64,000 nucleotides of DNA from Alphaproteobacteria bacterium (GTDB lineage Bacteria > Pseudomonadota > Alphaproteobacteria > MPNO01 > UBA830): contig OZ251539.1 in NCBI GenBank assembly GCA_965243135.1, positions 2,304,001-2,368,000 on the forward strand, in the 5' to 3' direction. The notes below the pieces were generated by a model, which was not told the origin of the DNA, did no database searches, and saw only the letters and a list, made by a program, of their open reading frames with translations. Position 1 is the stretch's first letter. Every line of letters begins with the position of its first letter. The position numbers were made by a program, and so were the translations under genes. This document shows positions 1 to 9,920 of the stretch, piece after piece.

Positions 1-270
1 ATCTATTGCTGCAACGCGTTCCGGTAACCGTTCAATTAATGGTTATGGCGCTGACTTTCGCCTTTCTGTTGGCGTTGCCGTTGGGCGTGCTATGCGCTTT
101 TCGAAGCAACCGCGTCATTGATCGATGCATTTCGGCCGTCGCGTTTGGAATCGTGGCAACGCCGCCGTTCGTAATGGCGATCATGTTTGTCTGGGCGTTC
201 GCCGTCGTTCTGAAAATTTTACCGGCCGCCGGACATGCTCCTCTGTTCCTGGGCGTCTGGGAAAACGTGA

Positions 271-434
271 GTAAGCGTTCGGTCGTGGGGTGGCGACGTT
301 GAGGCCTGCCTCCAGGCAGGGGCTTCAACCAGACGTCCTTGACCGGGAGGGCGCGTTCGTTTCGGGTACTGCCGCGGCCTACGCCGCCCCTCTGGTTGGC
401 ACCCGGCAACAGGTTTCTCGCGAAGTCCCGGAGA
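271..434 (-). repeat. Degraded inverted copy of the element's right end, including the 3' end of the DUF4338 gene
   Basis: Minus strand reads ...RNERALPVKDVWLKPL... versus ...RKERALPVKDIWLKPL... at ~2957-3005. A second GTAAGCGTTCGGT starts at 435. Confidence 0.85.
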
Positions 435-521
435 GTAAGCGTTCGGTTGCGAAGCGGGCTGTCGAGCCAGGCGAATCGCCCAGGCCTGGACACTCTTCTT
501 TTGTTCTTGTATACGGCTGCC

Positions 522-2168
522 ATGGCGGTCGAATCTGCACGCACGCTTTCCGGGACCGAGCTGTCGGGCGACGGCCAAGCTCTGGCTGCGGCATGCCGAG
601 CGAATGCGGCTCTCTGCCAGGCGCTGGAAAGCGCACTCGATAAAGCGGAGAAGTTTCGCCGCGACGCCGAGAGGTGGCAGGGAGCTTTCCACCGGGCGAT
701 GGCGCTGATTAGAATCCTGAAAAAGAGACGCGAGGCGCCGCCCCGAGAGACGGCAGAGAACGAGAGTCTGAAGTCCCGCAGCCGCAGGTTTGCCCGGGAG
801 TTGTTCGGGCGCCGCAGCGAGCGGCAGCCTACGGCAACCGGTCGACGCCGGGGGCGCAGTCAGGGAACGCCGTCGCACGGCCGCACGCCGCACCCCGAGC
901 TGCCCGTTCGCGAGGAGGAGTCGCTTCCGGACGAGCGCACGTGTCCGGACTGCGGCAAGGCCTGGGTCTCGAACGGTTGGAAGGACACGGATCTCATCGA
1001 GACCAGGACCGTCACCTATGTCCGGAGGATTCGACGGAAGCGGCTGCGCCCGACCTGTACCTGCCGACCGGAAAAGGAGGCCGTCGGCCCGGCTCCGGCG
1101 CGGCTGTTTCCGAACACTCGGTACGGAGTTTCCGTCTGGGCGTACGTCCTGGCGGAGAGGTACGGCCTGCACCGTCCGTTGCGCTCGGTCTGCCGCGCGC
1201 TGGGTCAGCACGGGCTTGCCATTGCGCCCGGCACGTTGGCGGACGCTCAGCGGGGATTCCTGCGACTGTTCGAGCCGCTCGACGATGAGATCTCCCGGCG
1301 CCTGTCGGAGGCGCCGGTCGTTCACGGCGACGAAACAGGGTGGTGGATACGGGAGTTGGGCGAAGAAGACGGCGGCAACGCTCGCGCCTGGGCATGGATC
1401 GCCCGGTCGGCGGACGCGGTTCGCATCGTTATTCTGCCGTCGCGCAGCGCGGAAGCCGCCCTTGAACTGTTCAGGGGGCTCGGCTCGCCCGAACAGGCGG
1501 CTCACCTGGTCTGCGACCGCTACTCCGCCTACCGGAAGCTGGCGCGCGTCATGGAAGGGTGCATCGTCCTTTCATATTGTTGGGTCCATGCCAGACGGGA
1601 CTTCATCAACCTTGAGACCGGCTACCCGAACCTCGCGAAGTTCGCCCAAAAATGGCTTCGTCACATTGCGGCATTGTACCGACTCAACGCCAGGCGTCTG
1701 GCGTGTCCGGGCAACGCCGCCGCCCAGCGGCGGCTCGCGAGATTCGCCGGAGCGTTCTTCGCGGCGGCGAAAAAGGCACGGGACGCGCTTCCGGAGAGCG
1801 CGGCGCAACGCGGCCCTCTGGACTCCCTGCTACGCCACCGCGACGGCCTGACAGTGTTCGTCGACAACGCAGACGTTCCCATGGACAACAACCCCGCCGA
1901 ACGCGGCCTGCGCGGCCTCGCGATCGGCCGGAAGCTCTCGTTCGGGTCGCATAGCGTGGACGGAGCGCAGTTGGCGGGCATGCTCTATTCCATCTTCGGC
2001 ACGCTCGAGATGGCCGGCGTCTCGCCGTACCGCTGGCTACTCGGTTATCTCGATGCCTGCGCCCGGCATCGCGGTCCGCCGCCCGAAGGCCCTGCTGCCT
2101 GGCTGCCGTGGGGCGCAGGCGAGGAGCGTCTCCGCTCCTGGCGTCCCGCTCTCCCCCAAGGACCGTGA
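522..2168 (+). CDS. tnpC: IS66 DDE transposase (TnpC type)
   Basis: CPDCG...CTC zinc finger, VHGDETGW, LVCDRYSAY, CWVHARRDF, DNNPAERGLR..IGRKLSFGS. Start uncertain (ORF open from 339). Confidence 0.92.
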   Translation: MAVESARTLSGTELSGDGQALAAACRANAALCQALESALDKAEKFRRDAERWQGAFHRAMALIRILKKRREAPPRETAENESLKSRSRRFARELFGRRSERQPTATGRRRGRSQGTPSHGRTPHPELPVREEESLPDERTCPDCGKAWVSNGWKDTDLIETRTVTYVRRIRRKRLRPTCTCRPEKEAVGPAPARLFPNTRYGVSVWAYVLAERYGLHRPLRSVCRALGQHGLAIAPGTLADAQRGFLRLFEPLDDEISRRLSEAPVVHGDETGWWIRELGEEDGGNARAWAWIARSADAVRIVILPSRSAEAALELFRGLGSPEQAAHLVCDRYSAYRKLARVMEGCIVLSYCWVHARRDFINLETGYPNLAKFAQKWLRHIAALYRLNARRLACPGNAAAQRRLARFAGAFFAAAKKARDALPESAAQRGPLDSLLRHRDGLTVFVDNADVPMDNNPAERGLRGLAIGRKLSFGSHSVDGAQLAGMLYSIFGTLEMAGVSPYRWLLGYLDACARHRGPPPEGPAAWLPWGAGEERLRSWRPALPQGP

Positions 2169-3037
2169 GCGGCAGCCCCCGCCGCTACTGCGGGCGCGAC
2201 TTCTCCGAGGACGAGGTCGACATGATCCGCGGCCTGATCGCGAGGGGCGGCCTCCACCGCCGGGCGCTGTCGCGGGAGGTCTGCCGCCGCCTCGACTGGC
2301 GCAAGCCCGACGGCGGCCTAAAGGATATGAGCGCGCGCGTCGCCATGTTGCGCATGCATCGCGACGGCGTGATCGTCTTGCCGCCGCCAAGGCGCGCGCC
2401 GGTCGTCCGCCGTCCGCTCGTGCCCGGTCCCGCGACCGACAGGCCCCCGTTCCCGACCCCCGAGCGTCTCGCCGATATCCAACCCGTCGCCGTTGAGCCC
2501 GTCCGGAACGCGGGCGAAGGCCGCCTCTGGAACGAGTTCGTCGCTCGCTACCACTATCTCGGCTATTCGACGCTGCCCGGCGCGCAGATGCGATACTTCG
2601 TTCGGGCCGCCGGAGGCGAACCCCTCGCCGTCCTCGGCTTCGGCGCCGCGGCCTGGAAGATCGCGCCGCGGGACAAGCTTGTCGGGTGGGATCCCGAGAC
2701 CCGCCGCCGCAACCTGCCTCTCGTGGTCAACAATGCAAGGTTCCTGATCTTGCCGTGGGTCCGGATCAAAAACCTCGCGTCCTGCATCCTTGCCATGGTT
2801 GAATGTCGCCTGCCCGACGATTGGGAAGGCCGCTACGCGTTGCGCCCGGCCCTGATGGAGACCTTCTGCGAGAGCACGCGCTTCGAAGGAACCTGCTACC
2901 GGGCCGCCAACTGGACCAAGGTCGGCAAAACGCAGGGCCGCGGCAAGCTCGATACCCGGAAAGAACGCGCTCTCCCGGTCAAGGACATCTGGCTGAAACC
3001 CCTGCGCCGGGACTGGAGGCGGCTCCTCAATGAATAG
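2165..3037 (+). CDS. DUF4338 (DruA-like, Mom-like GNAT) domain protein with N-terminal HTH-like region
   Basis: LWNEFVARYHYLGY, NNARFLILPWV..NLASCIL, LMETF..RFEGTCYRAANW..VGKTQGRG. GTGA overlap with the tnpC stop. Confidence 0.85.
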   Translation: MSGSPRRYCGRDFSEDEVDMIRGLIARGGLHRRALSREVCRRLDWRKPDGGLKDMSARVAMLRMHRDGVIVLPPPRRAPVVRRPLVPGPATDRPPFPTPERLADIQPVAVEPVRNAGEGRLWNEFVARYHYLGYSTLPGAQMRYFVRAAGGEPLAVLGFGAAAWKIAPRDKLVGWDPETRRRNLPLVVNNARFLILPWVRIKNLASCILAMVECRLPDDWEGRYALRPALMETFCESTRFEGTCYRAANWTKVGKTQGRGKLDTRKERALPVKDIWLKPLRRDWRRLLNE

Positions 3038-3497
3038 GCCATCACCCCACGACCGAACGCTTACAAACGTGAAGCACTTCATTTTGCCGATGCTGGCTAT
3101 CGGATTAGGCGAAGTGCCCATATTCCTGCGCGTTCTGCGGGTCGACATGATTTCGACATTGCAGGAGGACTATATCGCGCTGGCCAAGGCCAAAGGCCTT
3201 TCCACGGGCCATATACTATTTCGACACGCATTGCGACCTTCCTCGTTTACGCTCGTTACCGTGCTCGGATTGCAAGTCGGCCGATTAATCAGTGGACTTG
3301 TGATTACCGAGAACATTTTTGCATTGCCCGGCATAGGAAAGCTGTTGATCGACTCAATAGATGCTCGCGACGTTCTAGTGGTTCAAGCCATAGTGACGTT
3401 CTCGGCCATAGCTTACGTCGCCATCAATCTGAGCGTCGATTTTCTCTACGCAGTTCTGGACCCTCGCGTGAACCGACGAACGAAAGGCGCTTGAAAT

Positions 3498-4391
3498 ATG
3501 GTCAGGCTCGTTCGGAGCAGGCCGCGCGCGACTCGCGACAAGCGCGCCGAAACGAAAATTCCGGATCCATGGTGGGTGCGCGTTGGCCCCATGTTTTGGC
3601 TCGGGCTCTGTTGGCTGGTCCTAATTTGCCTGAGCGCGGCGCTTGCGGATGTTCTGCCGATAGACGATCCGCTGAGCACCAACCTCGACAAGCAGTTTTT
3701 GCCTCCATACTCGGACGGGCATCTTCTTGGTACGGACCACGTCGGACGAGACATGCTGTCCCGCGTTATTCATGGCGCGCGCATTTCCCTGCAGTTGGCC
3801 TTCACATCGCCGTTCCTTAGCCTGGTTATTGGACTCGCTCTCGGACTGTCGGCAGGGTATTTTCGCGGTCGCGTCGATTCCGTCGTCAGCGTATTCACTG
3901 ATTCCATTTTGGCGTTTCCCAATATCGTCGGAGTTATGGTTGTCCTGTTCTTCTTCGGACCCAGCCTTACCGTCATGATATTGGCCTTGGCCTTTTTTGG
4001 CATTCCTGCGGAGGTAAGAGTCGCGCGAGCGAACACGATTCTGTTTTCCGAGCGCGAGTTCGTCATGGCGGCGCGCGCCCAAGGCGCTTCAGGCTTTCGG
4101 ATTATGGCCCGCGAACTGCTCCCGAACGTGATTTTGCCCATGCTTTCTTTAGTGTTATTCGGCATGTCCATCGTCATTATCATAGAAGGCGCGCTCGCTT
4201 TTCTCGGTGTCGGCTTTCCTCCGCCTACTCCCACATGGGGCAAAATGATCGCCGACGGCTTCGACGAAATCTCCAGAGCGCCCCACGTCACCTTCGTTCC
4301 GTCCGCATTTATGTTCCTGACGATCCTGTCGTTGAACATGGTCGGCGACAGCCTCCGGGCGCTCACCGACGTCAAGGCGAGCGCCGTCTGA
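3498..4391 (+). CDS. DppC/OppC-family ABC permease
   Basis: HLLGTDHVGRDMLSRVIHGARISL, EREFVMAARAQGAS, PPTPTWGKMI. Confidence 0.93.
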   Translation: MVRLVRSRPRATRDKRAETKIPDPWWVRVGPMFWLGLCWLVLICLSAALADVLPIDDPLSTNLDKQFLPPYSDGHLLGTDHVGRDMLSRVIHGARISLQLAFTSPFLSLVIGLALGLSAGYFRGRVDSVVSVFTDSILAFPNIVGVMVVLFFFGPSLTVMILALAFFGIPAEVRVARANTILFSEREFVMAARAQGASGFRIMARELLPNVILPMLSLVLFGMSIVIIIEGALAFLGVGFPPPTPTWGKMIADGFDEISRAPHVTFVPSAFMFLTILSLNMVGDSLRALTDVKASAV

Positions 4392-4427
4392 GCTAGGGTC
4401 GCCGGAATCGCGAAATTCCTGTCGGCG

Positions 4428-5996
4428 TCAATGAACGGTCGCGGCGTAATCCTTCTCGACGAGCGGTCCCGCGTTGTGCACGATCCGGCCTCCGACCACG
4501 GTCAAAATCGCTGTAATGCGCCGAATGTCCTCGTCTGGCACGGATTGTTCGTCAAAATAGTCATCGCTCAAAACTACCAAATCTCCATATTTTCCGACCG
4601 CGATTCCACCCATATTTTTCTCTTCCTTGCAAAACCAGCCTTGGGTCGTAGTCCAAATGCGGAGAATTTCCTCTCGACTGATCGTTTGCTCGGGATTGAT
4701 CAACTTGCCCGTATAGTTTCTGCCGGTCACGGCGTAGAACAACATCACCCACGGGTTCATCGTCGATATGCGCGCGCCGTCCGAACCGCCCCCCATGCGG
4801 ACGCCGCTGTTCATGATCATGCGAAACGGCGGATTGCCCGGCGGATTCGAATGGTCTCCCAGATAGGGCGAGGAGTGCGAACTGATGCCGACGCCCAATC
4901 CGATCGCGCGCTTCAGGGTTTCTTGATCCAGACCGTAGCAATGGTCCATCGACCAGTTCAGATCGGCCAGTTTTACCGTTCCGTTCACTTCTTCCCACAC
5001 TCGCAAGTGTTCTTTCTGCTCGGCCAGGCTGATGAGATGCTGCTTGTATATCCACCCTCGTTCGGCCACGGAGCGCACAGAATCCGTATAGAAATCCGGC
5101 AGCGGCTGCTTGCGCTGCAATTTGTTCGGAATGAGCCACTCGCCAATGCCCACGATCCGCACGACATCGTTGCCGAATTCATTGAAAGTATAGTCGAGCC
5201 GGGACATCAGATCCGGCAGCGCGGCGTCCGTGTCGAGCACCGGCAGAAAAATCCGGACCCGCATGGGTACGCGATCTTCCCGCATCAGCTCCATGAGGGG
5301 GTTGTATCCCTGCGCCGGATCCAGCCAACCGCCGGCAGGAATCGTACCGCCCATGTCGAACGCGTTGGTAAGCCCCATGGAAAGAGCGAAATTCATCTGA
5401 TCCGTCGTTTGGCGGAGCGTATCTTCATGACCGTGAAGCGCGCTCAATGCCTCCCACGCCGCCACGGTATCCTTGCCCTTCGCGACGACGCCGTCCTCTC
5501 CGACCGGCACGCCGCGCTCCCGAAGGAGGCGTCCGGCAAGAGTGTTGGTCGCTCCCGGACCCCAGTTGGAAATGGACAAATAGACGGGGTGATTGGGCGC
5601 GGCGTCATCCAGTTCAGCCAATGACGGGTAGCGGCCTTCGACAAACTGTCCGGGATGAATTCCGCCGAGAGCGCTCAGCAACTCTCCTTCGGGCGCCGCC
5701 CGGGCGCGCGCTTCGATCACGGATAGCGCGTCGCCGACCGAGAACGCGGTTTCCAGGAGCCGCATGTCATGGCCGGGCAGCAAGCCGGTACGCAAAAAAT
5801 GAATATGGTTATCGATCAAGCCGGGAATCACGGTCTTGCCTTGAAGGTCGACCGTTTTGGCGTCCGGCCCCCTGGGCTTGACGTCGTTGCCGACCGCGGC
5901 AAACCGGCCGCCCTCGATGGATACCGACGAAACAACGGTATTCTTGTCGTCCATAGTGTGGATCCTGCCGTTCGTCAGGATCAATTCATGGAGCAT
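4428..5996 (-). CDS. YtcJ-like amidohydrolase family 3 protein
   Basis: LILTNGRIHTMD, DLQGKTVIPGLIDNHIHF (HxH), GGGSDG, GKYGDLVVL..TVVGGRIV. Confidence 0.88.
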   Translation of the reverse strand: MLHELILTNGRIHTMDDKNTVVSSVSIEGGRFAAVGNDVKPRGPDAKTVDLQGKTVIPGLIDNHIHFLRTGLLPGHDMRLLETAFSVGDALSVIEARARAAPEGELLSALGGIHPGQFVEGRYPSLAELDDAAPNHPVYLSISNWGPGATNTLAGRLLRERGVPVGEDGVVAKGKDTVAAWEALSALHGHEDTLRQTTDQMNFALSMGLTNAFDMGGTIPAGGWLDPAQGYNPLMELMREDRVPMRVRIFLPVLDTDAALPDLMSRLDYTFNEFGNDVVRIVGIGEWLIPNKLQRKQPLPDFYTDSVRSVAERGWIYKQHLISLAEQKEHLRVWEEVNGTVKLADLNWSMDHCYGLDQETLKRAIGLGVGISSHSSPYLGDHSNPPGNPPFRMIMNSGVRMGGGSDGARISTMNPWVMLFYAVTGRNYTGKLINPEQTISREEILRIWTTTQGWFCKEEKNMGGIAVGKYGDLVVLSDDYFDEQSVPDEDIRRITAILTVVGGRIVHNAGPLVEKDYAATVH

Positions 5997-6050
5997 GTCG
6001 ATTTCCCGCTTGGCGCCGGGGCCCGGTCGCCCCGGCATCCATCTTCGAGG

Positions 6051-7618
6051 TTAGTCTTCCACCCAAAGGCGGTGCGCATCGAAAGTGTAGCCGAAAGGCT
6101 TCTTCACCCCCTTTACGCGGTTACGGTACGCTATGTGCATCAGGGGGTGGTCGTAGACGATCATCGCCGCTTCGTCCGCGAGAACCTGCTGATACTCGCA
6201 GCTCGCCTCGTAACGGCTGTCCCGGTCGGTCGTCGCCTGGAGTTTCTCCACCGCCGCGTCGATCCGCGGATTCTTGAGATGGAACTGTCGGCTCGACGGA
6301 TGCTTCGAATGAAAGCGCGTCGCAACGAGACTCGGGTCCGCGTTGGAAAAATTCTCGACGAAGGTGAAGATGTCGAATTTTCCGCCGAGCAGCGGCCGGA
6401 TGAAACCGGGCCCCCGCGGTCCGGCTTTCTGAGTCGCCGAAATACCTATTCTACGCCACATGTCGATCATCGCGGTGACCGTCTTTTCCGCCCACGCATC
6501 GGGAAAGTGATCGACGTTGAAGGTTACGGGCTTGCCCGTTTCCTTGACGTATTCTTCGATCAGCGCTTTGGCCTTGCCTGGATCGTACTCTGGCCATTTG
6601 ACCTCGGGACATGCCCACGGATGCCCGTCTCCGTACATGTCGTTTTCGGCGCGATCCCGGCAAATCCCGGTATGCGCGCAGGTGATCTTTTGCCGATCAA
6701 GAGCATGAATGAGCGCCTTCCGCACCCGAATGTCGTTGAAGGGCGGCTTCGAATGATTGAAGCCGATCGCCTGGCCCACGGACAGTCTCGGCCCCGAAAC
6801 CACCTTGATATCGGGGTCTTTCTCAAGATCCGGAATGAATCCCCTGGTGACGTACATGATGTCCAGGTCGCCCGCCTTCAGGGCGTTAACCCGATTGACT
6901 TCCGGCGGGATGAACAGAAAAGTCAATTCGTCGAGATGCTGCGCGTCCTTATTCCAGTAATGCGGGTTGCGAACCAACCGCACGTAAGCGCCGTCGCGCC
7001 ACTCCTTGAGCATGTACGGACCCGCTCCTACCGGCATTTGGTTGAATTCCGGCTTGGCCTGGTTTTCCATCAGATATTTCGGCGCGGTGATCCACCACGA
7101 CATATTCGGCTGCGCCGCCATGTCCTTGAAACCCGGATTGGGAATCTTGAACTTGAAGTCGACGGAATAAGCATCGACTTTTTCAACGCCAATCAAATGA
7201 GGCCCCATGAGACGACGATAACGTCCAGCGAACCGGCCATTCTTTCCGGTCAAAAGGCGCGTAAAATGCGTTACGTAGGCATCCGCGTTCAAATCCTCTC
7301 CGTTGGAAAATTTTATCCCTTTCGCCGATCGTCGCTTGGCGTCGCCGAAAGCGCCTGGACCGGCTTTATTTCATGCGTGTCGCCGTCCACCTCGAACATT
7401 CGTTCATAGATCGCCTGCAAAATGTATTGACGAAAATGAGCGAAGCTAAGAACCCGGAAATTGTCGAAACCGGCAACGTCTTGTTGCAGGCCTACGACAA
7501 GCTTGCCGCCGCGGTTGGGCGTTTCCGCAGCCGCGGTCTCTTTCGCCGCGATCAACCCGGCGATCATGGTCAAAGCGGCAGCCACGACGTAGTTATGAAG
7601 CTTTCGTCTCTTGATCAT
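6051..7618 (-). pseudogene. Family 5 ABC substrate-binding protein, frameshifted near 7315-7330
   Basis: ORF 7313-7618 has a signal peptide and GGKLVVG...IYERMF..SDD. The continuation KGIKFSNGEDLNAD..PVGAGPY..FNDIRVRKAL is in another frame, and the usual TWTFKLR-like segment is missing. Confidence 0.85.
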
Positions 7619-8003
7619 ATCGCGTTCCTCCGTTGAGTGCTTGCGGGCCGGCTCGTTTCTTCATTGTGCAGTTGCGCCGGATCCGCCTTCCAGAGTGCTT
7701 TCGAATGCTCGGAAAGTCTACAGCGTCGTCAGAATTCTCCATCATCGCTTCCCCGTAGGCGACAACTCTCCCCGTCTCGACAGCGCCTGTCAACCGCGGC
7801 AGGCAACCGGCGTCGGCCTGTCAGCTCCGCGCCCCCCCGAGAATTTTCGACGAACCCGTCCGGCGCCGGGACGCGCAAACGGCGTCTTGGAGATACGGTC
7901 CTTTCGGCGGTCGGCGCAATGCCCTATACCCACGCAAACAAGCCGAACGCCTTGGGGAACCTGCCGCGACGTTCGCCGCCGCGCAGCGGAAGCATGCATT
8001 GGG

Positions 8004-8759
8004 ATGATCGAGTTTCTGCCGCCCGGAATGGATGAGTGGACGTTCGGCGGCTTCACCGCCTTGGCCGCGTTCACGTCCGCCTTCGGCGTCGTTGCCGGGC
8101 TCGGCGGCGGCGTGCTGATGATCGGCGTGATGGCCCTGGTCCTGCCGCCGGCCGCGGTGATACCGGTCCACGGCGCCGTTCAGGCGGGAACCAACTTCAC
8201 CCGAATACTCATCATGCGCAGGTTGGTGATACGCCGGGCGCTCCTTCCGTTCGCCGCGGGCGCGACGATCGGCGGGTCGATAGGAGGCAGCGTCGTCGTT
8301 TCCCTTCCCATTGCCTGGATGCAGGCGATACTGGGCGGATTTTTGCTCTACGTCTGCTGGATGCCGGGCATCACGGCGAGCGTTCCGACAGGTCGGCGCT
8401 TCTTCGTTCTGGGAAGCGTCGGCGGCCTGATCTCGATGTTCGTCGGCGCGACAGGAACGATTCTCGCTCCATGGGTGCGCGGAGTGAGCGAAGACCGTCG
8501 CGTGTTCGTCGCGACGCATGCCGCCATCATGCTTTTCATTCACGGCCTCAAGGTGCTGGTCTTCGGCCTGCTCGGTTTCGCGTTCATCGAATATCTGCCC
8601 TTGATGACGGCGATGGCGGCGATGAGCTTCGTCGGCAACTGGGTTGGCGTAACGCTGCTGAACCGCATGCCCGAGGAGTTGTTCCGGCGCGTATTCCAGA
8701 TCGTCCTTACGCTGTTGGCGCTGCGGCTCCTATGGAGCGCTCTCGGCTCCGCGGGATAA
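8004..8759 (+). CDS. TSUP (TauE/SafE) family membrane protein
   Basis: GLGGGVLM..PAAVIPVHG, SMFVGATG, VATHAA; multiple TM segments. Confidence 0.85.
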   Translation: MIEFLPPGMDEWTFGGFTALAAFTSAFGVVAGLGGGVLMIGVMALVLPPAAVIPVHGAVQAGTNFTRILIMRRLVIRRALLPFAAGATIGGSIGGSVVVSLPIAWMQAILGGFLLYVCWMPGITASVPTGRRFFVLGSVGGLISMFVGATGTILAPWVRGVSEDRRVFVATHAAIMLFIHGLKVLVFGLLGFAFIEYLPLMTAMAAMSFVGNWVGVTLLNRMPEELFRRVFQIVLTLLALRLLWSALGSAG

Positions 8760-8874
8760 CGCGCGCGGACCTGCTTTCCTGCCGACCCGCGGCGGACGGC
8801 GAATCCGCTCCGGAACGCGCCCTCGTTTTCGGGAACCGGGCAGGCTCCGCGGCGCGAGGGCCGCAACTCCCGCT

Positions 8875-8904
8875 TTGTCATCCCGCCCGGTCGCGGCCTA
8901 TACT
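8875..8904 (+). promoter_or_regulatory. Putative sigma70 promoter upstream of hpnDE
   Basis: TTGTCA-N18-TATACT, ATG 6 nt downstream (8911). Confidence 0.5.
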
Positions 8905-9059
8905 CGCGCCATGGCGCTAACATCATTTTCGAGAGGCGCCGCCGCCTCGTCGTCCCGGAGTCCCGCGACTTCGGACGGCGCTTTCGCGAGCAGGAACTCG
9001 ACGAGGCGCGCGAGCTCTTTCCGTGGACGCAGGCTTGTCCGTCGCGGAGAGTTTGCCGG

Positions 9060-9920
9060 ATGAACGCGGCAGCGTCCGCAGCGGCCGTCGGCACGATCGT
9101 GCGCGCCGCCGAAACCTCGTTCTATTGGGCGATGCGGCTGCTGCCGCGCGCCAAGCGCGAAGCGATGTACGCGCTCTACGCCTTCTGCCGCGAAGTCGAC
9201 AACATCGCGGACGAACCCGCGCCGCAGTCCGAAAAACTGCTGGCGCTCGACAGGTGGCGTCGCGCGCTCGACGCGCTATACGGCGGACGTGCGATCGATC
9301 GTCCGGTCGCGGTCGCGCTGGGCAGCGCGATCGCGCGCTTCGACCTGCCGCGGGAACCGTTCGACGCAATTGTCTCGGGCATGGAAACCGACGCGCGAGG
9401 CCCCGTCGTCGCTCCGACCGCCGACGAACTCGACCTTTACTGCGCCCGGGTGGCGGGCGCTGTCGGGCTGCTTTCGGTGCGCATATTCGGCTGCCGCGAC
9501 CCGCGCGCCGACGACTACGCGCTTGCGACGGGCCGGGCGCTGCAGCTTACGAACATCCTTCGGGACATCGCCGAGGACGCCGCCGACGGCAGGCTTTACC
9601 TTCCGCGGGAAGCGCTCGAAGCGGCCGGCGTTCGCTCGCGGGATCCGGAAGCCCTGCTGAACGACCCGCGGCTTTCCGAAGCCTGCGCCGCGGTCGCCAT
9701 GACGGCGGAAGCGAGCTACGAGAAGGCTCGGAGCCTCCGGAACGCGATGACGCGGGAGGACGCCGCCTGCCTGGCGCCCGCCGCGATCATGACCGCGATC
9801 TACCGGCGCCTCCTCCTGCGAATCCAGGCCCGAGGCTGGAATCGCGTCTCCGAAAGCGTATCTCTGCCGCGCAGGGAGAAGTTTTCCGTCATCATGCGTT
9901 GCCTGCTCGCCGGCGGATGA
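9060..9920 (+). CDS. hpnD: Presqualene diphosphate synthase
   Basis: TSFYWAMRLLP, YAFCREVDNIAD, YCARVAGAVG, ALQLTNILRDIAEDA..GRLYLP; directly upstream of an hpnE-like gene. Confidence 0.88.
   Translation: MNAAASAAAVGTIVRAAETSFYWAMRLLPRAKREAMYALYAFCREVDNIADEPAPQSEKLLALDRWRRALDALYGGRAIDRPVAVALGSAIARFDLPREPFDAIVSGMETDARGPVVAPTADELDLYCARVAGAVGLLSVRIFGCRDPRADDYALATGRALQLTNILRDIAEDAADGRLYLPREALEAAGVRSRDPEALLNDPRLSEACAAVAMTAEASYEKARSLRNAMTREDAACLAPAAIMTAIYRRLLLRIQARGWNRVSESVSLPRREKFSVIMRCLLAGG

Larger units (their letters stand above)
271..3064 (+). mobile_element. IS66-family element (no tnpA/tnpB, ISBst12-like organisation) with DUF4338 passenger
   Basis: Perfect 22-bp TIR GTAAGCGTTCGGTCGTGGGGTG (271-292 / 3043-3064); 8-bp TSD AAACGTGA at 263-270 and 3065-3072. 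GTAA termini and an 8-bp TSD are IS66 hallmarks. Confidence 0.95.
1..3494 (+). pseudogene. DppB/OppB-family ABC permease, 5'-truncated by the window edge and split by the IS66 element (parts 1-270 and 3065-3494)
   Basis: N-part RVPVTVQL...LPAAGHAPLFLGVWENV; C-part KHFILPMLAIG...EDYIALAKAKGL...ITENIFALPGIG...DPRV (EAA loop). Removing the IS and one TSD gives in-frame WENV-KHFILP. Confidence 0.9.

Noticed and set aside
2165-3037. Druantia anti-phage system
   Set aside because: Only the DruA-like gene is present, inside IS ends; no DruE helicase or other partners in the window.
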